This document shows positions 52,055-64,000 of a stretch of DNA of 64,000 nt, piece by piece (position 1 is the first letter of the stretch; every line of letters starts with the position of its first letter). This stretch comes from Camelus ferus. Lineage: Eukaryota. A program made the translations under genes and the position numbers. The stretch is taken from assembly GCF_009834535.1 (NCBI RefSeq), contig NC_045697.1:37884001-37948000 (forward strand), read 5' to 3'. The notes under the pieces are model-generated. The model had not been told where the DNA came from. It ran no database searches and saw only the letters and a program-made list of their open reading frames with translations.

Positions 52055-53330
52055 TTTTCTGTGCTGTCCTACCCAGTAATTTTTTTTTATATATATAAAC
52101 ATTTCTTTATTGAGTTATAGTCATTTTACAATGTTGTGTCAAATTCCAGTGTAGAGCACAATTTTTCAGTTATACATGAACATACATATATTCATTGTCA
52201 CATTCTCTTTCTCTGTGAGCCACCACGAGATCCTGTATATATTTCCCTGTGCTACACAGTACAATCTTGTTTATCTATTCTACATTTTGAAATCCCAGTC
52301 CCTTCCCACGCCCCCTCCCCCTAGCAACCACAAGTTTGTATTTATGTCTATGAGTCTGTTTCTGTTTTGTATTTTTGTTTTTTGTTTTTGTTTTTGTTTT
52401 TGTTTTTGTTTTTGTTTAGATTCCGCATATGAGCAGTCTCATATGGTATTTTTCTTTCTCTTTCTGGCTTACTTCACTTAGAATGACATTCTCCAGTAAC
52501 ATCCATGTTGCTGCAAATGGTGTTATGTTGTCGGTTTTTATGGCTGAATAGTATTCCATTGTATAAATATACCACATCTTCTTTATCCAGTCATCTGTTG
52601 ATGGACCTTTAGGCTGTTTCCATGTCTTGGCTATTGTAAATAGTGGTGCTATGAACATTGGGGTGCAGGTGTCATTTTGAAGCAGGCTCCCTTCTGGATA
52701 TATGCCCAGGAGCAGGATGGCTGGGTCATATGGTAAGTCTACTCCTTGTCTTTTGAGGAATCTGCATACTGTTTTCCACAGTGGCTGCACCAAACAAACT
52801 GCATTCCCACCAGCAGTGTAGGAGGGTTCCCCTTTCTCCACAGCCTCTCCAGCATTTGTCATTTGTGGACTTTTGAATGATGGCCATTTTGACTAGTGTG
52901 AGGTGATACCCCATCGTAGTTTTGATTGGCATTTCTCTGATAATTAGTGATATTGAGCATCTTTTCATGTGCCTATTGATCATTTGTATTTCTTCCTTGG
53001 AGAATTGCTTGTTTAAGTCTTCTGCCCATTTTTGGATTGGGTTGTTTGTTTTTTTCTTATTAAGTCGTGTGAGCTGCTTATATTTTAAACATACAAGATA
53101 CAATAAACCTCCTAGAAGAAAATATAGGCAAAACATTATCTGACACACATCTCTAAAATGTTCTCCTTGAACAGTCTACCCAAGCAATAGAAATAAAAGC
53201 AAGAATAAACAAATGGGACCTAATGAAAATTACAAGCTTCTGCACAGCAAAGGAAACCATAAGGAAAACAAAATGACAACCTATGGAATGGAAGAAAATT
53301 TTTGCAAATGAAACTGACAAAGGCTTGATT
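52055..53330 (-). mobile_element. Young 5'-truncated L1 with 5' inversion (antisense 52080-53085, sense 53086-53330)
   Basis: ORF2 C-terminus in ORFs 52416-52862(-) and 52726-53148(-); perfect 16-bp TSD TGCAAATAGATTTTTT at 52039-52054 and 53331-53346. Confidence 0.92.
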
Positions 53331-53630
53331 TGCAAATAGATTTTTTCACAGACTGTTCATTGGTGTTCCCTGGAGAGTCTTTGTGTCCCCTGGGGTGTGG
53401 TCTCTGCTAGTTTGATGCAGTCACTCACCTGCATCTCTGGTCTCCTGCTTGGGCAGGGAACTGAGAGCTCCAGGCTGGCTCTGTCCTCATCTGGCTGGGG
53501 GCGGACTTGGCCTCAGCTGTCCTGCAACAGGGATGGCAATCACATCCGCTTCAGACTTTTACCGTCACTGCCGTTCCTCCCATCTCACTCCTCATCTACT
53601 TGCAGACTGATTTCTGCCATTAACACCGTT

Positions 53631-56600
53631 TTTTGTGTGTGTGTGTGTGTGTGTGTGTTTATTTTTTTTTTTATTAAAGTATAGTCAGTTTACAATGTTG
53701 TGTCAATTTCTGGTGTATAGCATAATATTTCTAGTCATACATATACGTACATATATTCATTTTCATATCCTTTTTCACCATAAGTTACTACAGGATGTTG
53801 AATATAGTTTCTTGTGCTATACAGTATAAACTTGTTGTTTATCTATTTTATGTGTATTAGTTAGTATCTGCAAATCTAGATCTCCCAATTTATCCCTTCC
53901 CACCCCTCCTTCGCCCTGTAACCATAAGTTTGTTTTCTATGTCTGTGAGTCTGGTTTTTTTTTGTAAATAAGTTTGTTTCTTTTCTTTTTTTTTTTTTTT
54001 AGATTCCACATATGAGTGATATCAGTGACAGTTTTCTTTCTCTCTCTGGCTTACTTCACTTAGAATGACAATCTCCAGGGCCATCCATGCTGCTGCAAAT
54101 GGCATTATTTTATTTTATTTTATTTTTTATAGCTGAGTAGTATTCCATTGTATAAATATACCACAACTTCTTTATCCAGTCATCTGTCTTCTGCCATCTG
54201 TCAATTTAGGTTGGTTCCATGTCTTGGCTATTGTAAATAGTGTTGCTATGAAAATTGGGGTGCATGTTATCTCTTTGAATTAAGGTTCGCTTTGAATATA
54301 TGCCCAGGAGTGGGGTTGCTGGGTTATATGGTGAGTCTATTTTCAGTTTTTTAAGGAATCTCCACAGTGTTTTCCATAATGGCTGCACCAAACTACATTC
54401 CTACCAACAGTGTAGGAGGGTTCCCTTTTCTCCATACCCTCACCAGTATTTGTCGTTTGTGGACTTTTTAATAATGGCCATTCTGACTGTTGTGAGGTGT
54501 TACTTCACTGTAGTTTTGATTTGCATTTCTCTGATAATTAGTGATATTGAGCATTTTTTCATTGTGCCTATTGGCCATTTGTATGTCTTCATTGAAGAAC
54601 TGCTTCTTTAGGTCTTCTGCCCATTTTTGGATTGGGTTGTTTGTTTTTTTCTTATTAAATCGTGTGAGCTTCTTATATTTCAAACAAAAGACAAGATACA
54701 ATAAACCTCCTAGAAGAAAATATAGGCAAAGCATTATCTGACATAAGTCTCAACGATGTTCTCCTAGGGCAGTCTACCCATGCAATAAAAATAAAAGCAA
54801 AAATTAACAAATAAGACCTAATTGAACTTACAAGCTTTTGCACAGCAAAGAAAACCATAAGCATAACAAAAAGACAACCTATCGAATGGGAGAAAATACT
54901 TGGAAAAGATGAGACTGACAAGGGCTTAATTTCCAGAATAAACAATTCATACAACTTAATAAGAAGCCCTTGTCAGTCTCATCTTTTCCAAGTATTTTCT
55001 CCCATTCGATAGGTTGTCTTTTTGTTATGCTTATGGTTTTCTTTGCTGTGCAAAAGCTTGTAAGTTCAATTAGGTCTTATTTGTTAATTTTTGCTTTTAT
55101 TTTTATTGCATGGGTAGACTGCCCTAGGACAACATCGTTGAGACTTATGTCAGATAATGCTTTGCCTATATTTTCTTCTAGGAGGTTTATTGTATCTTGT
55201 CTTATGTTTAAGTCTTTAAGCCATTTTGAATTTATTTTTGTGTATGGTGTGAGGGAGTGTTCTAACTTCATTGATTTACATGCAGCTGCCCAGTTTTCCC
55301 AACACCATTTGCTGAAGAGACTATCTTTACTCCATTGTATATTCTTGCCTTCTTTGTCAAAGATTAATTGACCAAAATTTTGTGGTGGTATCTCTGGGCT
55401 CTCTGTTCTGTTCCATTGATTCATATGTGTGTTTTTGTGCCAATACCAAGCTGTTTTGATTACTGTAGCTCTGTAGTATTGTCTAAAGTCTGGGAGGGTT
55501 ATTCCTCCAACTTCATTCTTTTTCTTCAGTATTGCTTTGGAAACTCTGGATTTTTTGTGAATCCATATAAATTTTAGGATTATTTGTTCTAGTTCTTTGA
55601 AAAACGTCCTGGGTAATTTGATAGGGATCACACTAAATCTGTAGCTTACTTTGTGTATTAAGGCCATTTTAACAATATTAATTCTTCCAATCCAAGAACA
55701 TGGGATATCTTTCTATTTCTTTAAGTCATCTTTAATTTCCTTAGTCAGTGTTTTGTAGTTCTCCAAGTATAAGTCTTTCACTTCCTTGGTCAGATTTATT
55801 CCCAAGTATTTTAGTTTTTTGGATGCAGTTTAAAAAGGGATTGTTTCTTTCCTTTCCTTTTCTGGTATTTCATTGTCAGTGTAAATAAATGCTGCTGATT
55901 TCTGTATGTTAATCTTGTATCCTCCGACCTTGCTGAATTCTTTTATCAACTCTAGTAGTTTTTGTGTGGAGCCTTTAGGGTTTTCTGTATATAGTATCAT
56001 GTCATCCACATATAGTGACAATTTTACCTCTTCTCTTCCACTTTTACCTCTACCTCTTCTCTTCTCTTTGGATCCCTCTTAGTTTTTTTTCTTGTCTAAT
56101 TGCTGTGGCTAGGACTTCCAATACTATAGACTAAACAACATGCTACTAAAAAACTGATGGGTCAAAGATGAAATCAAAGAAGAAATTCAAAAATACCCTG
56201 AGACAAATGACAATGAAAATACAGCCACACAAAATCTATGGGATGCAGCAAAAGCAGTCCTAAGAGGGAAGTTCATAGTGATACAGGCCTTCCTCAAAAA
56301 CAAGAACAATCTCAGATAAACAACCTAACCTACCACCGAAAAGAATTAGAAAAAGAAGAACAAATAAGACCTAAAGTCAGTGGAAGGAAAGAAATAATAA
56401 AGATCAGGGAGGAAATAAATAAAGATTAAAAAAAAAAAGAAGAAGAAAAAATCAAGCAAACCAAGATCTGGTTTTTTGAAAAAGTAAACAAAATTGACAA
56501 ACCTCTGGTAGGCTCACCAAGAAGAAAAGAGAGAGGACACAAATAAAATAAGAATTGGAAGTGGAGAAATTACAGCAAACACCACAGAAATACAAAAAAC

Positions 56601-57393
56601 CATAAGAGAATACTATGAACAACTATATGGCAATGAATTAGACAACTGAGAAGAAATGGACAAGTTTCTAGAAACATACAGTCCACCAAAACTGAATCAA
56701 GAAGAAATAGATCATTTGAACAAACCAATCACTGGAAGTGAAATAGAATAAGCAATAAAAAACCTCCCTGCCAACAAAAGTCCAGAACCAGATGGCTTCA
56801 CTTGGGAATTCTATCCAGCATACCAAGAAGAGCTCATACCAGTCCTTCTCAGACTCTTCCAAAAGATCAAAGAGGAGGGAGTACTTCCAAACTCATTCTA
56901 TGAAGCCACCATCACCCTGATACCAAAGCCAGACAAAGACACTACCAAAAAAGAAAACTATAGGCCAATATCATTGATGAACATTGATGCAAAAATCCTC
57001 AACAAAATATTAGCAAACAGAATCCAACAACACATAAAAAAGATCATACATTGTATTTAAGTTGGATTCATCCCAGGGACACAAGGACGGTTCAGCATAC
57101 ACAAATCAATCAATGTGATACACCACATCAACAAGAGAAAGGACAAAAACCACACGATCATCTCAATAGATGTAGAAAAAGCATTTGATAAAATTCAACA
57201 CCCATTCATGATAAAAACTCTCACCAAAGTGGGAATAAAGGGAACATATCTCAACATAATAAAAGCTATATATGACAAACCTACAGCCGGCATAATAATC
57301 AATGGTGAGAAGTTGAAAGCCTTTCCGCTAAAATCTGGCACAAGACAAGGATGCCCACTCTCACCACTTCTATTCAGTACAGCGTTGGAAGTC
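53631..57393 (-). mobile_element. ~3.75-kb 5'-truncated L1 with (TG)n tail, internal fold-back and 5' inversion (sense part 56128-57393)
   Basis: ORF2 peptides ([58 protein letters not shown]); candidate TSD TAACAC(C/T)GTT at 53621-53630 and 57396-57405; stops and frameshifts present. Confidence 0.92.
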
Positions 57394-57959
57394 GCTAACA
57401 CTGTTGTAAAGCCTTCAGTAATCAGCCTTCCTAATTACAGAGTTCAGTTTTCATTTCCATGAGCCCCTCAGATCACAGCCATGGGCATTCTCACCTTTTC
57501 TCTTGGCTTCTGTGACACCCCCTGCTTCTAGGTACATTTTTACTTCTCTGGAAAAAAAACTTCTGCACCATAAATATTGACATTTCCCACAGTTTTATCC
57601 CTGGGCCATATTTTTCTCCTCACACTAATGTTCTTGTGCCAAGTGTTCTCAGTTTAAGTACTTACAAGTCAGTGATTTCTGACTTGATACAAAGCACTTG
57701 CTTAAAGAGAAATAACTTCTCATGGTTCGCAGAACCAAAGAACTCCAGTGTCTGAGGAAAGGTTTCCAAAGAAAGGAAACTGAGGGACAGTAACCAGGGA
57801 AGAAGGACAGGGTTATAACTCCAGGGAGTTTTTTTGCTCTCTGTGGAGATGTCAAGGCCGACAACATGGGATTGTAAATGTCAGTAAGTAGTTGTTTTAA
57901 ATTATCTGAAGATAAAAGGAAAACTAAGTTTAGGGGATTTTAAAAGATTTGCTACCTTT

Positions 57960-59160
57960 AAAAAATTTTTAAAACCTTTTATGGAGAATATTTTAAATTT
58001 ACAAAGTCACAAGAATAAAATAGTGTAAGAACACTTATAAATTTTTATCTGGATTTACCTTTTTTAACATTTTGCCCCATTTGCTTTTGCATTTGTGACC
58101 TATGTATCCCTTTATCTGTATCTAAATAAAGTTATGTATGTGCACACACAATTTATATACCTGTAGGTATATATGTGGACATACACACATACAATGTGTG
58201 CATATACACGTATCTTTATAGACAGATTAGCACCTTAGTCTATCATCCATGTTTTAATTTTGTGAGTTGACCTAATAATATTCTCTAATGCAGTTTTTTC
58301 CTTCCTGTAGAGGATCTAGTCTAGGTCAGGTAGTACATTTAGTTCTTTTTAGTCTTTTAATCTGAAATATTTCTATAGCCTTTTCTTATTTATAATACTA
58401 TTTTTCTAAGATACAGCCCACCTCTTTTTAATGAGCTGTTCCTCATTTTGTGTTTGTGTGATGTCTCCTCACGATTATACTGAGGTTATGCATTCTTGGT
58501 TAGAACACTGCGTGGGTGATTCTTAAGTTTCACATCTGTAAGCACGTGATGTCCTTTGTCCCTCACTGGTGTTAGTTTTGATCACCCGGTCAGAGTTTCT
58601 CTTGTAGACAATCTTTTTTCTTCCCTCGGAGCCAATATGCAGTTTTTAAGGAGACACTTTAAAACAATACAAATACCCTATTCCCCACAGTTTAGCGTCA
58701 ATTGATGTCTCTTACATGTTCTAAACTTTACTGTGACACTTGCAAAATGTTGGCTAATTCCAGTACTCTGTCCACATTTACCAGTGAGCCCTGGCATGCT
58801 GCTCTGAGAAAGACTTCTCCCTCCTCTCCCATTGGCTTGTCTATTTATTGTCAGTATAAACTCATGAACTACTTTTTTTTTCAGTGGTTTATAACTAATT
58901 ACTTAACTATCTTGTTCCCTAAATTGTCCCAGATTTGGTGGCTGGGAGCCCCTCCAAGCTGACCCCTGTGTCCTTGTGACATGCTGTCATTTGTTTTCTT
59001 CTTCCTTTCTTTCTAGTATAAGAAGACAGTGCAGTTCATCTTGTAGTCCTCTGCCTAGTCTTGGGATTAGCCATTTCTCTAGGAGCCTTTTAGGGGAATG
59101 GTATTAGAAACCAAGGTCTGGGTGCAGATCATTGTTACTGAGATGTCTTTGCTTCTTGGC
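57960..59160 (-). mobile_element. Old L1 (L1MC/ME-like) 3' region
   Basis: TTAACATTTTGCCCCATTTGCTTT, AAATTGTCCCAGATTTGG, GGAATGGTATTAGAAACCAAGGTCTGGGTGC resemble recalled L1MC 3' UTRs. Confidence 0.6.
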
Positions 59161-60190
59161 TTTTTCAAGTAGAACTCGGAAATACACGTCTGTATCGTGT
59201 GTGTGTGTGGGCATATATACACACATATACATATGTAATTTAGACATGGATATGCACATAAGCATAGATTTGCATTGCTAAACATGCTTTTTAAATCTTT
59301 TTCATTTTGTAATATAATGAAGTGGGGAATGGGTTACCTATGCAGTTGTATATTTGATGTTCAGGCAGTTTTTTATGTGTTGTGCCCATTTGATGAAAAG
59401 AGCTGGTGAAGTGATAAGTAATCACATGTACTATATATATATATGGAAATATCCTCTGGCTCTTCCATAGTTCTTAAGTTTTAATTACTAACTTCATATT
59501 ATTGATGCAAATATGTTTCACAGTTGGGGCTTGGGTACTGTATTTAGTTCCAAGTATAGTTTTTTATATGTAATTTACACAGTTGTCTTCTATATTTAAT
59601 GATAGTGAAGAATTGTACTGAGTCAGTTTGAGTCTGTTATGTTACTTTTATATATGTGAAATTACTAGTTTCCTTTCTTAAGATATACGTATTTTTAATA
59701 GTTGTAGAGGAGCGGAGTTTGTCATGCCACATGAGAATCTTGTCATGATTCTTCACTGTAGAAGTTTGTAACTGAAAGATTTGTAATGAAGAAATGTCAC
59801 ATAGGGCAGTGGTATAGCTTCTGGGTTATAAGGTCATGGGATCAGTAGAGGGCATCAAAGTTGACTTCCCACGCATGACATGGGGCTGGCCAGCCCCCGG
59901 CTGCAGGTGTCTGAGAGGAGATCTCTGTGAGAGCGTTTGGAACACCTGCCATCTTCGACTACACCACTGATTTTTTGATGAGCTGTGCTAAGTCATTGGC
60001 TAGACCTAAGGGTTCAGTGTTGGTGGAAGGAAAGAATTAGAATTTAAGGTTATTATGTTTTAGATTAGCTTCTAATGTGAACCATTTTCCCTTTAAAACA
60101 GTGGCAAATTGTGATTTCTGAAGGTAACTGATTCTTCGGTTGGTGTGTAATCTGCGAATTAACCAGACTGTTTGTTGCATTTTCTTCCAG

Positions 60191-60366
60191 TGTTGTTTGG
60201 CTATGCCACCACAGTCATCCCCAGGGTGTACACGTACTATGTTTCAACGGCATTATTTGCCATTTTTGGCATTAGAATGCTTCGGGAAGGCTTAAAGATG
60301 AGTCCGGATGAAGGTCAAGAGGAGTTAGAAGAAGTTCAAGCAGAATTAAAGAAAAAAGATGAAGAA
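60191..60366 (+). CDS. TMEM165: TMEM165 coding exon 3
   Basis: Acceptor TTTCTTCCAG|; VLFGYATTVIPRVYTYYVSTALFAIFGIRMLREGLKMSPDEGQEELEEVQAELKKKDEE; donor GAA|GTAAGT; 176 nt. Confidence 0.97.
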
Positions 60367-60905
60367 GTAAGTCAGAGCATTGTTAAGTACCAGGACCAAA
60401 AAGGCACTCAACTATTAGGAGTAAATACTGTCCAGGGGTTTTCAGTGGTCATGCACACCTGTGATGCGTGTGGGCTGAACAGAAATAGCTATTTTGCTTA
60501 GTTTCCATTCTTAATCTGGCTCTGGTGTGACTCTGGGTTAGTGTGAATGTGGCGAGAAGAGTGAACACGTGCAATCAAGTTCCTTAATTAGACTAATTAT
60601 AAGCTCCTGAAAAACGGGAACTGTAGTTTATCATTTTCTTTCCACAGCATCTAAGATAACAAGTGATCAGTAAATATTGTTTGATTTATTTTGTTGGGGA
60701 GAAACAGAAGAACTAAGAAGATAGGACTTGGCTGCTGTGAGACCAGTGGTTCAAAAGCCAAGTTTGGGGGCACATAACTTTAGTTCCTCAGGATATTCCC
60801 ATAGAATTTAAACACCTTTTAAAGGAAAGATTTAAGTAATTTTGTGCTATACTGACTTGGTTCCTGAGATTAATGTCTTTTATGCTATTTTTTTTTTCAA
60901 TTTAG

Positions 60906-61088
60906 TTCCAACGCACCAAACTCTTAAATGGGCCAGGAGATGTTGAAGTGGGTACAAGCACAACGATACCTCAGAAAAAGTGGCTGCATTTTATTTCACC
61001 CATCTTTGTTCAAGCGCTTACGTTAACGTTCTTAGCAGAATGGGGTGATCGCTCTCAGCTGACTACAATTGTTTTGGCAGCTAGAGAG
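60906..61088 (+). CDS. TMEM165: TMEM165 coding exon 4 (second motif EWGDRS); gene continues beyond window
   Basis: Acceptor ATTTAG|; FQRTKLLNGPGDVEVGTSTTIPQKKWLHFISPIFVQALTLTFLAEWGDRSQLTTIVLAARE; donor GAG|GTGAGT; 183 nt. Confidence 0.97.
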
Positions 61089-61879
61089 GTGAGTGGTACT
61101 TGAGAGATGACTGCTTCTGTATTAAAACTCAGTGTAACTAATGCTACTTTGCTCCAGAGGGACACTGGGCAGACTCAGGGTGGGCCATGGGGTGACTTCA
61201 TGTGCTAGACTATTTGTTTTAAATCTAATCACCCTGCGGCTCTTTAAAACCAGCCTGTCCAGGTTTTACCATCGGCCAGATGGCTCTCTTTTGACTCCTT
61301 TTCCCTTCAGTTTTGCCAAAACGATGGTGTGGCAGTTGCTGTGACTTAGTTTTCTTTTCTCAGAACTTTCCTTTGTGTACTTGTTGAGGATATAAATTGG
61401 TATATTATTATTGGAGGCCAATTTGGCAACAAATACCTAAAGCTTTAAAAGTAGAAATCTTCGGGTTTTTCCGTTCCTTGTGCAAAAGAAATGATGGTGT
61501 GTTACAAAGGTTACTCAGAACATTTGATAAGTCGGCCCCACAACGCTGAGTCCTAGGAGGGTGGGCTAGAGAGGCCGCAGATCTCCTTGCTCTAGGCCAG
61601 CTCTGCGGGTGGAGAACTTGAGGCCCGAGGGCAGCGGGGGGGGGGCTTGTCCGAGGGTGTAAGCTGGGTGGTGGCCAGGAGGGACAAGGACTAGAGCCAG
61701 GCCGTCTGCCTTCCAGCCTTTTCTGCTGCATCTGTTCATAGTTGTCAGATGCCACTCTTCAAAGGTAACTGTTTTCTAAGAAAATGTTTCATCTTTATTT
61801 CTTTGGGGGGGAACAGTGAAGTTTTTACACACATAGGTGAAGAGCTGCCGAGGGACGTGGAGGAGAAGCTGCTGCTTTT

Positions 61880-62780
61880 TTTTTTTTTTAACTTTTTTAT
61901 TTATTCTTTTTTTTTTTTTTTTTTTGGTGAGAACACAAGTTACCCTCTTAGCAAATTTCAAATTTCAATTTTACAACACAGTATTAACAACTATTTTATA
62001 CATTGGATCTCAAGAAAAGTCACCACTTTATATATTGGCTCTTAAGACTTTATTCATCTAACTGAAGGTTTGTACCCTTTTACCAACCTCTCCCTCTCCC
62101 CCTGCCCCCCAGGCCCTGACATCTCTGACCCATTCTACTTTCTGTTTCTATGAGCTCACTTTTTTTTTTTTTTAATAAAAATTTCACATGTGAGTGAAAC
62201 CATGCAGTATTCATCTTTCTCTGCCTGGCTTATTTCATTTAGCATAATGCTAGGTTTATCCATGTTGTCTCAAATGACAGGATTTCCCCTTTTTTAAAGG
62301 CTGAATATTCCATTGTATCTATGTACCACATCTTCTTTACCCATTCATCCACGGACAGACACTTAAGTTGTTTGTACGTCTTGGCAATTGTGAATAATGC
62401 TGCCGTGGACATGGGGGTGCAGGTCTCTCTTTGAGGTGATGGTTTCATTTCCAGAAGCGGGGCTGCTGCACCACGTGGGAGTTCTGTTTTCACTTTCTTG
62501 AGTGACCTCCATACTGTTTGTCTGTGGTGGCTGCACCAGTTTACATTCCCACCAGCAGTGTGCAAGCTTTCCCTTCACGTGCTTGCCATTGTTTATCTTT
62601 TGTCTTTCTGATGGTAGCTATACTAGCCGATGTGAGGTGGTATCTCACTGTGGTTTTGGTTTGTACTTCTCTGGTAATTAGTGGTGCTGAGCATCTTTTC
62701 ATGTACCTGTTGACCATTTGTATGTCGTCTTTGGAAAAAATGTCTATTCAGGTTCTTTGCCCATTTTAAAAATCAGGTTG
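61880..62780 (-). mobile_element. L1 3' end, antisense, in TMEM165 intron 4
   Basis: Poly-T tail, then ORF 62239-62565(-) with TAALFTIAKTYKQLKCLSVDEWVKKMWYIDTMEY. Confidence 0.88.
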
Positions 62781-62815
62781 TTATCAGCTCTTTTTGATCT
62801 TAACTGATGTTACTT

Positions 62816-62875
62816 TTTTTTTTTAACTTTTTTTTACTGAGTTATAGTCATTTTACAAGGTTGTGTCAAATTCCA
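62816..62875 (-). mobile_element. Extremely 5'-truncated young L1 3' tip (~60 bp)
   Basis: TGAGTTATAGTCATTTTACAAGGTTGTGTCAAATTCCA matches 52111-52148; TSD TGATGTTACTT at 62805-62815 and 62876-62886. Confidence 0.85.
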
Positions 62876-64000
62876 TGATGTTACTTCTTATCTCATTTAT
62901 GTCTATTAAATTACATTGTTTTTAATCAGCTGGTAAGATTTTAGACAACAAGCTTGATTTGAATTTTTTTTTAACTCCTAGGAAATATCTATCATAAAAA
63001 AATAAATTAGGCCGCAGTTTAAAATATAAACATGAGTTGAAGGCCAGGCTTAAGGCCTGTTTTGTCAGAGAAACCTTAAAAATGCTGTATCTTGAAAAAA
63101 GTAGGAATTTTTCATTTGATTCCCATATTTAAAAAAAAAAAGTTTTTTTAAAAATGTCATTTCAGTGTCCTTGCTCTGTATTTTTCATGATTTCGAGCCT
63201 TCTTGATTGGCAGTCAGGTTGCCAGGACTGGAACTTGAGAGCAGGCAGTTTGTGCTGGTGGCAGTGGTTCTGCGTGGCGATCTGTCATGGCTGCAGAGTC
63301 ATCGCACTTTTCGAAAGCCTGTCATCTAAATGGCCAGAGTGGTGTGTGAAAGTCTCAGGCTCCCCGGGTTGCCTCTGTGCCCTGAGCTCCAGCCGTGCTG
63401 ACCGGGCTTGAGTCTCTGGCTGCAGCCCCTCCCTGCAACCCGCTTCCCCGTGGTTCTTCCTGCATGTTCTGGGATGACACAAGATAACGCGCGTAGGGTC
63501 CCCGACCCAGTGAGCACTGTCAGCCCCCTTCCGCACTGTCAGCACCCAGGACGTGGAATGAGCTTTTCAGGGGCAGAGGTGCAGTTGTCTGTTTTTGTTC
63601 CCTTAGTAGTCCTAATTGGGGCAAGGGGTAATTTTTTTGTATAAAGCATGCAGTAGTCTGGTTCAGTCCATTGTGGTCTGAACTTCACTCCTGCCTTCAG
63701 TATCATTTAGTGTTCCCGTGTTGGGTTTCACAGCCCTAGTGTCCTTTAAGATGTTGATGGGTACTAAGGAAGGAAAGAAAAACGGTTGGGGAGAAGGTTC
63801 CACGGTCAAATAAATTTGGCAAATAATATATTCTGGTTTTTTTGTTTTGAAGATGGAGCATAACAAAATAACAAAGACTGAGAAATCCTGTATTAAAGGA
63901 AACGTTTACTTTTATCTAATCCAGTGATTTTTCAAGTATTACTTTCATATAGAATGGGATATTAGTTTTAGACAAACAGAATTTGGGACGCGTAGTCCCA

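Noticed and set aside
55077..57462. Reverse transcriptase-like ORFs suggesting an active retroelement or novel RT system
   Set aside because: Fragments of L1 ORF2 with stops, frameshifts, 5' truncation and inversion; not a functional gene.

Overview
This is mammalian genomic DNA, very probably camelid (three tRNA-Ala-derived Vic-1-type SINEs, camelid-like L1 3' ends, no Alu or Bov-tA seen). It contains two + strand, head-to-tail glycosylation genes, each with a CpG-island promoter. SRD5A3 (polyprenol/polyprenal reductase) is complete: 5 coding exons, 7282-20214, 957 nt = 318 aa + stop. TMEM165 (Golgi Mn2+/Ca2+ transporter, UPF0016/GDT1 family) is present as exons 1-4 (37230-61088); the rest lies beyond the window. 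All introns are GT-AG and phases join in frame. The remainder is mostly interspersed repeats (L1, L2, MIR, Tigger/hAT DNA transposons, MLT LTRs). I see no convincing new gene or multi-gene system; most short ORFs in the track are repeat-derived or chance. The most unusual structure is in TMEM165 intron 2: two adjacent L1s of different subfamily share essentially the same internal inversion junction, and the second carries a 246-bp near-perfect palindrome. Other observations: a short L1 3' transduction, a GC-shifted half of a MER33, a hAT transposase relic, a microsatellite at a splice acceptor and candidate promoter motifs. Repeat family names come from recalled consensus motifs, not from a search.
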